Shown here piece after piece: positions 26,571 to 34,186 of a DNA stretch of 61,504 nucleotides. Location: contig DASQUP010000144.1 in assembly GCA_035641235.1 (NCBI GenBank), positions 1 to 61,504 on the forward strand. Reading direction: 5' to 3'. Under the pieces are notes generated by a model that worked only from the letters and a program-made list of their open reading frames with translations, did not search any database and was not told the DNA's origin. The DNA is from Actinomycetota bacterium. GTDB taxonomy: Bacteria > Actinomycetota > CADDZG01 > WHSQ01. The position numbers were made by a program, and so were the translations under genes. Positions within the stretch are counted from its first letter, which is position 1, and the number at the start of each line of letters is the position of its first letter.

Positions 26571-27841
26571 ACGACAAAATTCTCGCCGAGGCGCGGTCCC
26601 TCATGCCCGGCGGGGTGTCGTCACCCGTCCGGTCTTTCGACGCTGTAGGTGCGCATCCGTTCTTCGTTGCGCGCGCCGAAGGCGCCACCATCACCGACGT
26701 TGACGGCAACACCTGCATCGACTTCGTCCAGAGCTGGGGAGCGCTCCTGTTCGGACACGCCCATCCGCAGATCGTCGCCGCGGTTCAGGAAGCGGCCGGG
26801 AAGGGAACCTCGTTCGGCACTCCGAGCGAACTCGAGGTCGAGCTGGCGCGCCTCGTCGTCGATATGGTGCCCGGGATCGACAAGGTGCGCTTCGTCTCCT
26901 CCGGCACCGAGGCCGGGATGACCGCAGTGCGTCTGGCGCGCGGGGTGACGGGCCGCAACAAGATCCTCAAGTTCGAGGGGTGTTACCACGGCCATTCCGA
27001 CGCGCTACTCGTCGAAGCCGGATCCGGTGTGGCGACGCTCGGCATCCCGGGAACACCGGGGGTGACGGCGGCGGCCACGTCCGACTCCGTTGTCGCTGCT
27101 TACAACGATCTCAACGCGGTGCGCTCGGTCGTCGATCAATTCGGTGACGACCTTGCCGCGATCCTCGTCGAACCGGTTGCCGCCAACATGGGGCTTGTTT
27201 TGCCGCACGACGGCTACCTCGAGGGCCTGCGTGCGATCGCGGACGAGTGCGGCGCGCTGCTCATTTTCGATGAGGTGATCACGGGGTTCCGGCTTGGTCC
27301 CGGGGGAGCTCAGGAGCGGTTCGGCGTCACCGCCGATTTGGTCATGCTCGGCAAGGTCCTCGGCGGCGGGCTCCCCGCCGCGGCCGTCGCTGGTCCCGCC
27401 CGAGTGATGGACGGGCTTGCGCCTGTGGGTCCCGTCTATCAGGCCGGAACGTTGTCCGGGAATCCGGTGGCGATGGCCGCCGGCGTCGCGGCGCTGTCGA
27501 TGATCAAGGGCGACCCTGGGCTCTACGAGCGGCTCCAGAACCGGGCGCGCGATCTCGTCCGGGGGCTGGTCGGCATCGCCGATGTGGCGGAGGTCCCGAT
27601 GGTTGCGGCGGCTATCGGTGGATTGGCCGGGTTCTTCATCTCGGGCGACGAGGTCAACAACTACGCCACCGCGCGCGCTACCGACGCCGACACGTACGGC
27701 CGGTTCTTCCGCGGAATGCTGGCGCACGGAATCTATCTCCCGCCGTCGCGCTTCGAGGCGCTGTTCCTATCAACAGCGCATACGGCAGAACACATCGAGC
27801 GGTTCCTCGGCGCGGCCGAGCACGTCTTCGCCACCCCTTAA
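26558..27841 (+). CDS. hemL: glutamate-1-semialdehyde 2,1-aminomutase
   Basis: PLP aminomutase motifs (FVSSGTEA, IFDEVITGFR, GKVLGGG). The alternative GTG at 26567 would give a GTGA overlap with hemB. Confidence 0.93.
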   Translation: MADVNDKILAEARSLMPGGVSSPVRSFDAVGAHPFFVARAEGATITDVDGNTCIDFVQSWGALLFGHAHPQIVAAVQEAAGKGTSFGTPSELEVELARLVVDMVPGIDKVRFVSSGTEAGMTAVRLARGVTGRNKILKFEGCYHGHSDALLVEAGSGVATLGIPGTPGVTAAATSDSVVAAYNDLNAVRSVVDQFGDDLAAILVEPVAANMGLVLPHDGYLEGLRAIADECGALLIFDEVITGFRLGPGGAQERFGVTADLVMLGKVLGGGLPAAAVAGPARVMDGLAPVGPVYQAGTLSGNPVAMAAGVAALSMIKGDPGLYERLQNRARDLVRGLVGIADVAEVPMVAAAIGGLAGFFISGDEVNNYATARATDADTYGRFFRGMLAHGIYLPPSRFEALFLSTAHTAEHIERFLGAAEHVFATP

Positions 27842-27844
27842 CGC

Positions 27845-27895
27845 CGAACTGTTCGCGTTGGCTCACGCATACCGTGAGTGAACGCGAACAGTTCG
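27845..27895. terminator. nested double hairpin (type A, copy 2) between convergent hemL and the bc-operon tail
   Basis: Outer stem CGAACTGTTCGCGTT/AACGCGAACAGTTCG (15 bp). Inner stem CTCACG/CGTGAG (6 bp). It fills almost the whole 56-nt gap between the two stop codons. Confidence 0.5.
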
Positions 27896-27897
27896 CC

Positions 27898-28077
27898 TTA
27901 GTCCTCGCGGCCGAGGAAGTAATAGAGGATTGCGATCGTGACGATCAGCATTCCGGTGAAGGCGATGAACGCGACGCCGCCTTCTTCGCCCGCGTTGATA
28001 CCTCCGGTGCACGCGCCGAGCAGCAGCATCGAAGTTATCGCTGCTGCCACCCGGAGCCTCGAGATCAACACGCGCAT
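27898..28077 (-). CDS. small lipoprotein-like membrane protein (59 aa), last gene of the Rieske/cyt b operon
   Basis: Not in the ORF track. ATG at 28077 with AAGGAG 9 nt upstream, 18 nt after the preceding stop. Encodes MRVLISRLRVAAAITSMLLLGAC (lipobox-like) and a C-terminal TM helix. Confidence 0.5.
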   Translation of the reverse strand: MRVLISRLRVAAAITSMLLLGACTGGINAGEEGGVAFIAFTGMLIVTIAILYYFLGRED

Positions 28078-28095
28078 TAAGAGCTCTCCTTTTAG

Positions 28096-28797
28096 TTAGG
28101 CCGTGGTCTCCACGGGCTCGCGCGCCTTACGCTCCGACCTGCTCAGGCCGAATAGGTGCGCACCTAGAACGATAAGAACGCCGATGGTGATTGTTCGCGC
28201 AGTACCCAGTGGGTTGCCGGGATCGTACTGAAGGACCACGAGAACATTGCCTTCCGATTCGGGGTCGATATCGGGCTCCTGCTCGTCTCCGCTGCCGGTT
28301 TCCGACGATTGCACGATTACGCCGGCGTATATGACCCCGTCCTGCTCCAGCAGGCGTGTGCCGTCCGAGACGGCTGTGGCATCATCCGGAGCCTCGATCG
28401 AAGTGATGTCGCCGGCCGAGATCGCTTCGCCCACGGCCTCGGTGGCGGCCGTTTCCGCTTCGGATTTCTGGGTTGTTTCCGCGTCGTCGTCTTCGTCGGG
28501 AACTCGCCACGGCTCGTCCGGGAACGAACCCGCGGCACCGAAGTCAACATCTCCGCCCTCTCCGAGGGCTTCCGGCGAGAAGCTCGGAAGCTGCCCTACG
28601 GGGCCGAGCGGGCTGGCAGCGTTCGTGAACGACCACACGACGCCCATCATCAGAATGAACGCTAGCGTGACGGATGCGGTCACGAAGTATGCGAGTCGTG
28701 CCCCCAGAACAACCGTCAGCAGCAGCCAGACACTCCCGCAGAAGACGAGGACGGCCGCAATTGTCACCCCTACCCCGGTGACGAAGATCTCGTCCAT
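28096..28797 (-). CDS. membrane protein with acidic extracytoplasmic domain (function unknown, bc-operon member)
   Basis: 233 aa. Two N-terminal TM helices, a D/E-rich middle and a C-terminal TM. The start abuts the cytochrome c stop. Confidence 0.65.
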   Translation of the reverse strand: MDEIFVTGVGVTIAAVLVFCGSVWLLLTVVLGARLAYFVTASVTLAFILMMGVVWSFTNAASPLGPVGQLPSFSPEALGEGGDVDFGAAGSFPDEPWRVPDEDDDAETTQKSEAETAATEAVGEAISAGDITSIEAPDDATAVSDGTRLLEQDGVIYAGVIVQSSETGSGDEQEPDIDPESEGNVLVVLQYDPGNPLGTARTITIGVLIVLGAHLFGLSRSERKAREPVETTA

Positions 28798-29805
28798 CTA
28801 CAGGCTTCGCTCGTACTCGACGACGGCTCGTATCTGACTGTCGGTTAGCGGATACGGGGGCACAGGTATCCCCTGGGCCGGCGCTTCGGAAAAGGTAGGC
28901 ATGAACGCGAACCGACGTCCGTTGATGACGGTCAAGAGATGCTGGCTGCGCGGCAGGTGTCCCACTTTGCCCTGCCACAGCGCCATACCCTGGCGGTAGG
29001 GCTCTTCATCCTTCCCCTGACCCTCGGGACCGTGACACACGGCGCAGCGCGCTTCGAAGATCTCCTGACCGCACTGAAGTGTGTTCTCTCCGCCTATAGG
29101 ATCTGGATCCTGGCACTCCTCCGAGACCTCGGGGGCTTCAGAGTTCTCGGGCAGCGTCCGTAGCCAGTTCATAACGTCGTCGACCATCTGGTCGGTCATC
29201 GAGCCGCCGAACGCCACGCCCCACGCCGGCATGGGCGTCCCGGGGCGGCCGCGCTGAATGGTGAATCTGATGACCTCTTCGTCCCAGCGAGTGAACACGT
29301 TGTTTAGCGGGGGTGCGGCGTACTTCACGGCCTGTTCCGTGACGGGATCGAGGAAGTCGGGAGTCGCGTTCCCGCCGACCCCGTCCGCGCCATGGCAGTT
29401 GATGCACGCCTGCCCGAGAGCTATCTCCCGTTCGCGCTCCCGGAACAGAGCCGGGTCGGCGTCCTCTTCGAGTTGGGGTGGCACCGAATAGATCAGCTCA
29501 CCGCGCTCGACGGACTCCTCGTCGAAACGTTCCGCAAACGCTTCCTGGCGGTCGGCCTCCGGGAGCCAGTAGGCAGGTATGAACAGCGCCAGGGCAACGG
29601 TTGCGATTACGCCCCCAACTTGAACGCGCTGGAGTCTTCTCCCCTCCAGCTTCTCGTCGGTCTCGCCGGGCCGCAGCGCCCGCGGGATGCCGAGTTGCGC
29701 CGCCGGGCTCTTGGGTCTTGTTGTCGACCGAAGAAAGACCCCCCACAGAATGGCCGCACCGAGAATGAGAACGAGCGCGATGACGATGACATCGTTGGAC
29801 TGCAA
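28798..29805 (-). CDS. membrane-anchored dihaem cytochrome c (QcrC-like)
   Basis: Two CxxCH motifs (CINCH, CAVCH). N-terminal TM helices. Confidence 0.88.
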   Translation of the reverse strand: MQSNDVIVIALVLILGAAILWGVFLRSTTRPKSPAAQLGIPRALRPGETDEKLEGRRLQRVQVGGVIATVALALFIPAYWLPEADRQEAFAERFDEESVERGELIYSVPPQLEEDADPALFREREREIALGQACINCHGADGVGGNATPDFLDPVTEQAVKYAAPPLNNVFTRWDEEVIRFTIQRGRPGTPMPAWGVAFGGSMTDQMVDDVMNWLRTLPENSEAPEVSEECQDPDPIGGENTLQCGQEIFEARCAVCHGPEGQGKDEEPYRQGMALWQGKVGHLPRSQHLLTVINGRRFAFMPTFSEAPAQGIPVPPYPLTDSQIRAVVEYERSL

Positions 29806-29823
29806 CTCAGCCTCGCATTTCCA

Positions 29824-30642
29824 TTACGTCGGGACGCACAAGCCCCCCACCGGCTCGGAGAACCGGTCCCAAGTGTCTGTACCACGCGGCGGGCCCGTCT
29901 GGACGGCGCCGGTGTCGACGACCACCTTGCCGCCCTCGATGGCAACGGGAAAGCGGTCGAGCCCGCGCGGTGCGGGTCCGCCGAAGTACTCGCCGTTCAG
30001 CCGGTACTTCGAGCCGTGGCACGGGCACTCAAACAGCATCGAAGTCTCACAGTGCGGAACCGAGCAGCCCAGGTGCACACACTTCCGGTACAGGGCAAGA
30101 AGTTTGGTGTCTACTGCATTGACGGCCGTGTAGACGGGATCGTCTCCCGTGCCCTCGTAGAACGTAAGCCAGAAGCGCCCCTCCGCCACGAACTTGGGTT
30201 TGAATCCGTTGCCGGGGCCGACCTCGTCCAACAGGTCTTCGTAGTTGCCCGCGGTGATCGCGGTGCCGAAACCTCCGGTCAGCTTCGGCCACAGGAACGA
30301 AAGGCTGCTCATCCCAAAGAGCCCGAGGAAGGTCAGGAACGAGGCATTCCATGCACGATTGAGGAACTGGCGCCGAGAGACGGCCATCTGGTCGGGCGTC
30401 AGCGGTTTGCGTTGCTTCTCCGGCACCTTCTGAACGGTTACCTCGCGTGACCCGGCTGTTTCCTGAGTGGTTTGCGCCTGCATGGGTTCGGCCCCGGAGG
30501 TGTGCTCAACGGGGGGTGCGCCCTCCGGAGCGGCGGCAGCAGCCGCCTGCCGCTGCCTGCGGATGGTCACGTTGGCCATGAACAGTGCCCAGGCGGCGAC
30601 GCTCAACGCCACAACTATGAGTGCGATCGTGCCTGGACTCAC
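29824..30642 (-). CDS. qcrA: Rieske 2Fe-2S subunit
   Basis: CVHLGC...CPCHGS Rieske boxes. Internal twin-arginine motif SRRQFLNRAW ahead of the last TM. GTG start. Confidence 0.9.
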   Translation of the reverse strand: MSPGTIALIVVALSVAAWALFMANVTIRRQRQAAAAAAPEGAPPVEHTSGAEPMQAQTTQETAGSREVTVQKVPEKQRKPLTPDQMAVSRRQFLNRAWNASFLTFLGLFGMSSLSFLWPKLTGGFGTAITAGNYEDLLDEVGPGNGFKPKFVAEGRFWLTFYEGTGDDPVYTAVNAVDTKLLALYRKCVHLGCSVPHCETSMLFECPCHGSKYRLNGEYFGGPAPRGLDRFPVAIEGGKVVVDTGAVQTGPPRGTDTWDRFSEPVGGLCVPT

Positions 30643-30654
30643 TTCATTACCCCT

Positions 30655-31509
30655 TTACAACTCGAAGAAGATTCCGTCGTTCCACGGGAACGTGAAGTTG
30701 AACCCTGGTCCCCGGAAGAACATCCCGATGATGGTCAGCACAGCAAAAGTCAGCATGTAGAACGAGAAGATTACGATCGCCACCTTGCGGTCGTCCGGGC
30801 GAGTGGAGGGATTCCGGTCGATGTATGGCCACGCAAACATCGCAATGATGATCACCGTGGGGATCGTCACTCCTGCAACCTGCGGGTGCAGGTAACGCAA
30901 GAGCTCCTGAAGGCCGAGGAAGTACCACGGAGCCTTTGATGGGTTGGGAGTCTGGTTGAAGTTCGCGAGTTCGCGCAGTGGCGCATCGACGGCCGTGGAG
31001 AAGAAGGTCAACAATGCCATCACCACAAGCAGAGACACGAACTCGGCTGCCATTAGGTGTGGCCACACGTTGATGCGGTCCATCGGCTGGCGTTCAACCT
31101 TCTGGATGGCTTCAGGTTTGACGACAGCCAGAAGTCGCTGAACGCGTTCGGGAACGGCGGAGGCTCCGTTGCCGGCGGCCCGGCGGGCCGGCGCGCCGCT
31201 CCTGGGGGCTGCTGCGGGCTTGGATGCCGCCGGCTTGGCGGCGGCCGGAGCCTTGGCGGCAGGCGCTGCTGCCGGTGCCGCGGCGGCGGGCTGTTCGGCC
31301 GGTGTCTCAGCCGCCTCGGCGGGAGTCGCAGCCGCGGGTTCGGCTGCCGGCCTGCTCGCGGTCGACGGGTCGGGCACGTTTGGGGTCTTGGAGCCGCGTT
31401 CGGCCCGCACCCGTGCCGCCTTCGCTCGAGCCTGGGCGACGGCTGGGGAGGAGCCCTTGTCGGTCTCCTCCTTGAGTACCTGTTCGTAGACCTCGTCTGG
31501 AGTCGGCAT
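30655..31509 (-). CDS. cytochrome b C-terminal part (b6f subunit IV-like) with N-terminal conserved module and Ala/Pro-rich linker
   Basis: C-terminal 3-TM region with NPSKAPWYFLGLQELLR (position of the PEWY Qo motif). The N-terminal ~130 aa are a charged module plus an A/P/K-rich low-complexity tract. Confidence 0.8.
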   Translation of the reverse strand: MPTPDEVYEQVLKEETDKGSSPAVAQARAKAARVRAERGSKTPNVPDPSTASRPAAEPAAATPAEAAETPAEQPAAAAPAAAPAAKAPAAAKPAASKPAAAPRSGAPARRAAGNGASAVPERVQRLLAVVKPEAIQKVERQPMDRINVWPHLMAAEFVSLLVVMALLTFFSTAVDAPLRELANFNQTPNPSKAPWYFLGLQELLRYLHPQVAGVTIPTVIIIAMFAWPYIDRNPSTRPDDRKVAIVIFSFYMLTFAVLTIIGMFFRGPGFNFTFPWNDGIFFEL

Positions 31510-31531
31510 AGTCGTAGTCCTCAGTCCGCCC

Positions 31532-32305
31532 CTATATGGGGCCCGAGATGCCTCCGTCCTTTCTCACTCGCCAGAAGTGAATCGAAATGAAGATCACGAT
31601 GAGGAACGGCAAGAACAACACGTGCAGTGTGTACCACCTGATCAGTGTTTCAGGGCCGATCACGGGTCCGCCCAAGAGAGCGAACTGGACCTGATCACCG
31701 ATCACAGGTGAGTTCTTCATCATCTCCGTCCCGACGGTGACCGCCCATACTGCGAGTTGGTCCCACGGCAGCAGGTAGCCCGTAAAGGCCAGCAGCAGCG
31801 TCAACAAGAGAAGGACGACGCCGACGATCCAGTTGAACTCGCGCGGTGGTTTGTAGGCGCCGGTGTAGAAGACCCGGGCCATGTGCAGGAATACCGTTAT
31901 CACCATGAGGTGGGCACCCCACCGATGCAGGTTGCGGACGAGAAGTCCGAACGACACCTGCGTATTAAGTCCCTGCATGTCCGAGTAAACGAGATCCACC
32001 GACGGCCGGTAGAAGAACATCAGGTAGATACCTGTGATCGTCAACAGAATGAACAGGAAGAAGGTAAGTCCACCGAGGCACAACGTGTAGGAAAGCTTGA
32101 CTCCGTGCCGCTTCACCTTCACCGGATGAAGGTGGTAAAGCACCGAGTTCATTACTACGTATGCGCGGTTCCGGGGAGAGTCCGCATACCCCCGCCGAAA
32201 GATAGAACCCGGCCGGAACATAGAGCGCCAGAGCTGGCTTCCGTGGAGCTGATCGAGGCGCTCGCCTACCTTTTCTCTCGGATTCCACCCGGACTCGTTG
32301 GCCAC
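31532..32305 (-). CDS. qcrB: cytochrome b6-type subunit (N-terminal 4-TM cytochrome b)
   Basis: Haem-ligand pairs H-x13-H (HRWGAHLMVITVFLH) and H-x14-H (HVLFLPFLIVIFISIH). YTLCLGG retains the b6/Firmicute haem-ci Cys. GTG at 32305 has GGAGGG 10 nt upstream (ORF track 31532..32407). Confidence 0.88.
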   Translation of the reverse strand: MANESGWNPREKVGERLDQLHGSQLWRSMFRPGSIFRRGYADSPRNRAYVVMNSVLYHLHPVKVKRHGVKLSYTLCLGGLTFFLFILLTITGIYLMFFYRPSVDLVYSDMQGLNTQVSFGLLVRNLHRWGAHLMVITVFLHMARVFYTGAYKPPREFNWIVGVVLLLLTLLLAFTGYLLPWDQLAVWAVTVGTEMMKNSPVIGDQVQFALLGGPVIGPETLIRWYTLHVLFLPFLIVIFISIHFWRVRKDGGISGPI

Positions 32306-32321
32306 TCCGGTCTTTCCCTCC

Positions 32322-32744
32322 CTAGGATGCCTTCTGGGACTCGGGCACAGTTCCCATAGCCCGGGCTCCGCGCTTCTTTTTTCCACCTGCCACCTGGCTC
32401 TGCACAAGAGCGCCTGTGGGGCACCGCTCCACGCAGAGGTTGCAGCGGGTGCATGCGTTGTCGTCGATCAGGAACAGGATGTCGCTGGGATCCATCATCC
32501 CGGCAAGAGCCACGTTGCCGGACTCCGCCACGGCTTCGGGATCCACCATGTGGATGCAGTACCACGGGCAGATGTCTACGCACCCCTCGCAAAGGATGCA
32601 CTGCTCGGGGATGAAATCGATGAAGTTCTTGGGTTTGACGGCGCCCTTGAGCCACTCGTCGTCGACGAGTTGCATCTCGTAGTCGATCCGGAAGATGGGC
32701 TTCTGGATCGTTTCCATTTTGCGCGGCTCTGGTGGTTTGGGCAT
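32322..32744 (-). CDS. 2x[4Fe-4S] ferredoxin-domain protein, soluble
   Basis: CILCEGCVDICP and CTRCNLCVERCP cluster motifs. No TM helix or signal peptide. The stop lies 16 nt before the cyt b6 start. Confidence 0.85.
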   Translation of the reverse strand: MPKPPEPRKMETIQKPIFRIDYEMQLVDDEWLKGAVKPKNFIDFIPEQCILCEGCVDICPWYCIHMVDPEAVAESGNVALAGMMDPSDILFLIDDNACTRCNLCVERCPTGALVQSQVAGGKKKRGARAMGTVPESQKAS

Positions 32745-32750
32745 GTTCCC

Positions 32751-33122
32751 CTATTTCCCGGACATGTAGCCCTTGACGGGGTCCTGGAGACCCCTGGCGC
32801 CGGTGCGCTTCTGCTTGCCCTTCTGCCAGAAGTAGGCCATTCCCAACATCACCACGAGAGCACCGATCTGCACCGTGTTGGCGATGATGTCGCGGACCAT
32901 TGCGATCTGCTTGGGGTTGAGGCCCTCGTCGTTCACGCCTGGGATCTTCGTGGTGAAGTCGATGATGCCCGAGACCTCCTGATCGAAGTAATAAATGATG
33001 TAGGAGGGAATCTGGCCGAGCAGGATGATTGCCAGTATCCAGATGATGCTTCCGAGAACAATGGCGCGAGTCCAGGTCATCGGTTTGTCGGTGTACTTGT
33101 ACACGCGCTCTCGCATCGACAT
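32751..33122 (-). CDS. 2-TM membrane protein, first gene of the Rieske/cyt b operon (function unknown)
   Basis: ORF 32751..33158, ATG at 33122/33116 preferred. Two hydrophobic helices. 6 nt from the ferredoxin start. Confidence 0.6.
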   Translation of the reverse strand: MSMRERVYKYTDKPMTWTRAIVLGSIIWILAIILLGQIPSYIIYYFDQEVSGIIDFTTKIPGVNDEGLNPKQIAMVRDIIANTVQIGALVVMLGMAYFWQKGKQKRTGARGLQDPVKGYMSGK

Positions 33123-33206
33123 TGCGCGCCATCTTACAGTCCTCGTAGGGCCAATCAACTTAAGCGGCCGATCAAGATTCCGCCGTGTGACCTGGGACTT
33201 TGCGCG

Positions 33207-33356
33207 TTAGTGACTGCTATCAGATCGGTTGCTCGAGGAGAGTCCCTCTCGCCGGCGCTCGAGCCGTCGCCGGCGCGCGCCGAGCCACACGAGGTAGGTC
33301 CCCAGCCCAATCGCGACGGCGGAGAAAGCCACGAACATCCAGGCAAGGTCGCTCAT
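33207..33356 (-). CDS. ccmD: CcmD-like haem exporter protein D (49 aa)
   Basis: Not in the ORF track. ATG at 33356, 4 nt after the ccmC stop. MSDLAWMFVAFSAVAIGLGTYLVWLGARRRRLERRRE is a single TM followed by an Arg cluster, as in CcmD. Confidence 0.6.
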   Translation of the reverse strand: MSDLAWMFVAFSAVAIGLGTYLVWLGARRRRLERRREGLSSSNRSDSSH

Positions 33357-33359
33357 CGA

Positions 33360-34070
33360 CTACGTAGCCGCGTGAGTGGGCTGCCGTCTCGCTCCCTGAA
33401 GCTCGAGCTGCCGGATCTCGTCCTCGTCTCGCCCGAGCTTGACTCGTTGGACGAGGAGCCAGGTGAAAAGCAAGGTGAACGCCGCCAGGGAGACGAAGAA
33501 GGCGAGCAGCTCCGGCGCGCCGAGTCCCGAGCTGGCGCTCGGATCCGATGGGGTCGGGCCCGAGGGGTGAAGGGTCCGCCACCACCGCACCGAGAAATGG
33601 ACGATGGGGACATTGATGAAGCCGACGATCCCCACGACCGACGCCATCCGGCCTGCTCTGGTCGGGTCGGTTGCGAGGTTGCGGAGGAATAGGTAACCGA
33701 CGTAGGTGAGCCACATCACCGTGGTCGATGTCAGGCGGGCATCCCACTGCCACCAAGTGCCCCACACCGGGCGCGCCCAGATCGGGCCGGTGATCAGGAC
33801 CAGGGCGCCGAAGAGGACGCCGAGCTCCGCGGCCGAGTGCCCGAGCAGGTCCCACCGGCGCTCGCCGGTGCGCAGGTACACGATCGAGGCGATAAAGGTG
33901 ATGGCGAAGCCGAGGTAGGCGACCCACGCCGACGGGACGTGGAAATAGAAGATGCGCTGGAGCGGACCGCCCATCGAGTCGTCCGCCTCCCTGGCGACGA
34001 AGAAGATGAGGAACAAGGAAACGCCCACGAGCGCCCACGCCGCCACGCCGAGCCGTTTTGTCTTGTCCAT
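33360..34070 (-). CDS. ccmC: haem exporter/haem-handling protein CcmC
   Basis: WWD motif WGTWWQWDARLT. 6 TM. Confidence 0.92.
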   Translation of the reverse strand: MDKTKRLGVAAWALVGVSLFLIFFVAREADDSMGGPLQRIFYFHVPSAWVAYLGFAITFIASIVYLRTGERRWDLLGHSAAELGVLFGALVLITGPIWARPVWGTWWQWDARLTSTTVMWLTYVGYLFLRNLATDPTRAGRMASVVGIVGFINVPIVHFSVRWWRTLHPSGPTPSDPSASSGLGAPELLAFFVSLAAFTLLFTWLLVQRVKLGRDEDEIRQLELQGARRQPTHAAT

Positions 34071-34143
34071 AAGGCAGAGCCTACCGGCGCGCCGCCCCCT
34101 AGATGTCTCCTTAAATGGGCGGGGGCCCAGGGGCCTGAGGGAA

Positions 34144-34186
34144 CTTTGGTCGAAAACCTACTCGTAGCGCAGGTTTTATGCCAAAG
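34144..34186. repeat. nested double hairpin straddling the stop of DUF559 gene 1
   Basis: CTTTGG tcg AAAACCT actcgtagcgc AGGTTTT atg CCAAAG. Shares the 10-mer CGAAAACCTA with the left edge of the type B copy at 54615. Confidence 0.45.

Noticed and set aside
32266-34038. Alternative-frame ORFs across the bc/ccm junction (32266..33132, 32298..33692, 33220..34038)
   Set aside because: They overlap genes that have strong motif support (ferredoxin, 2-TM protein, ccmC) and have Arg/Gly/His-rich composition.
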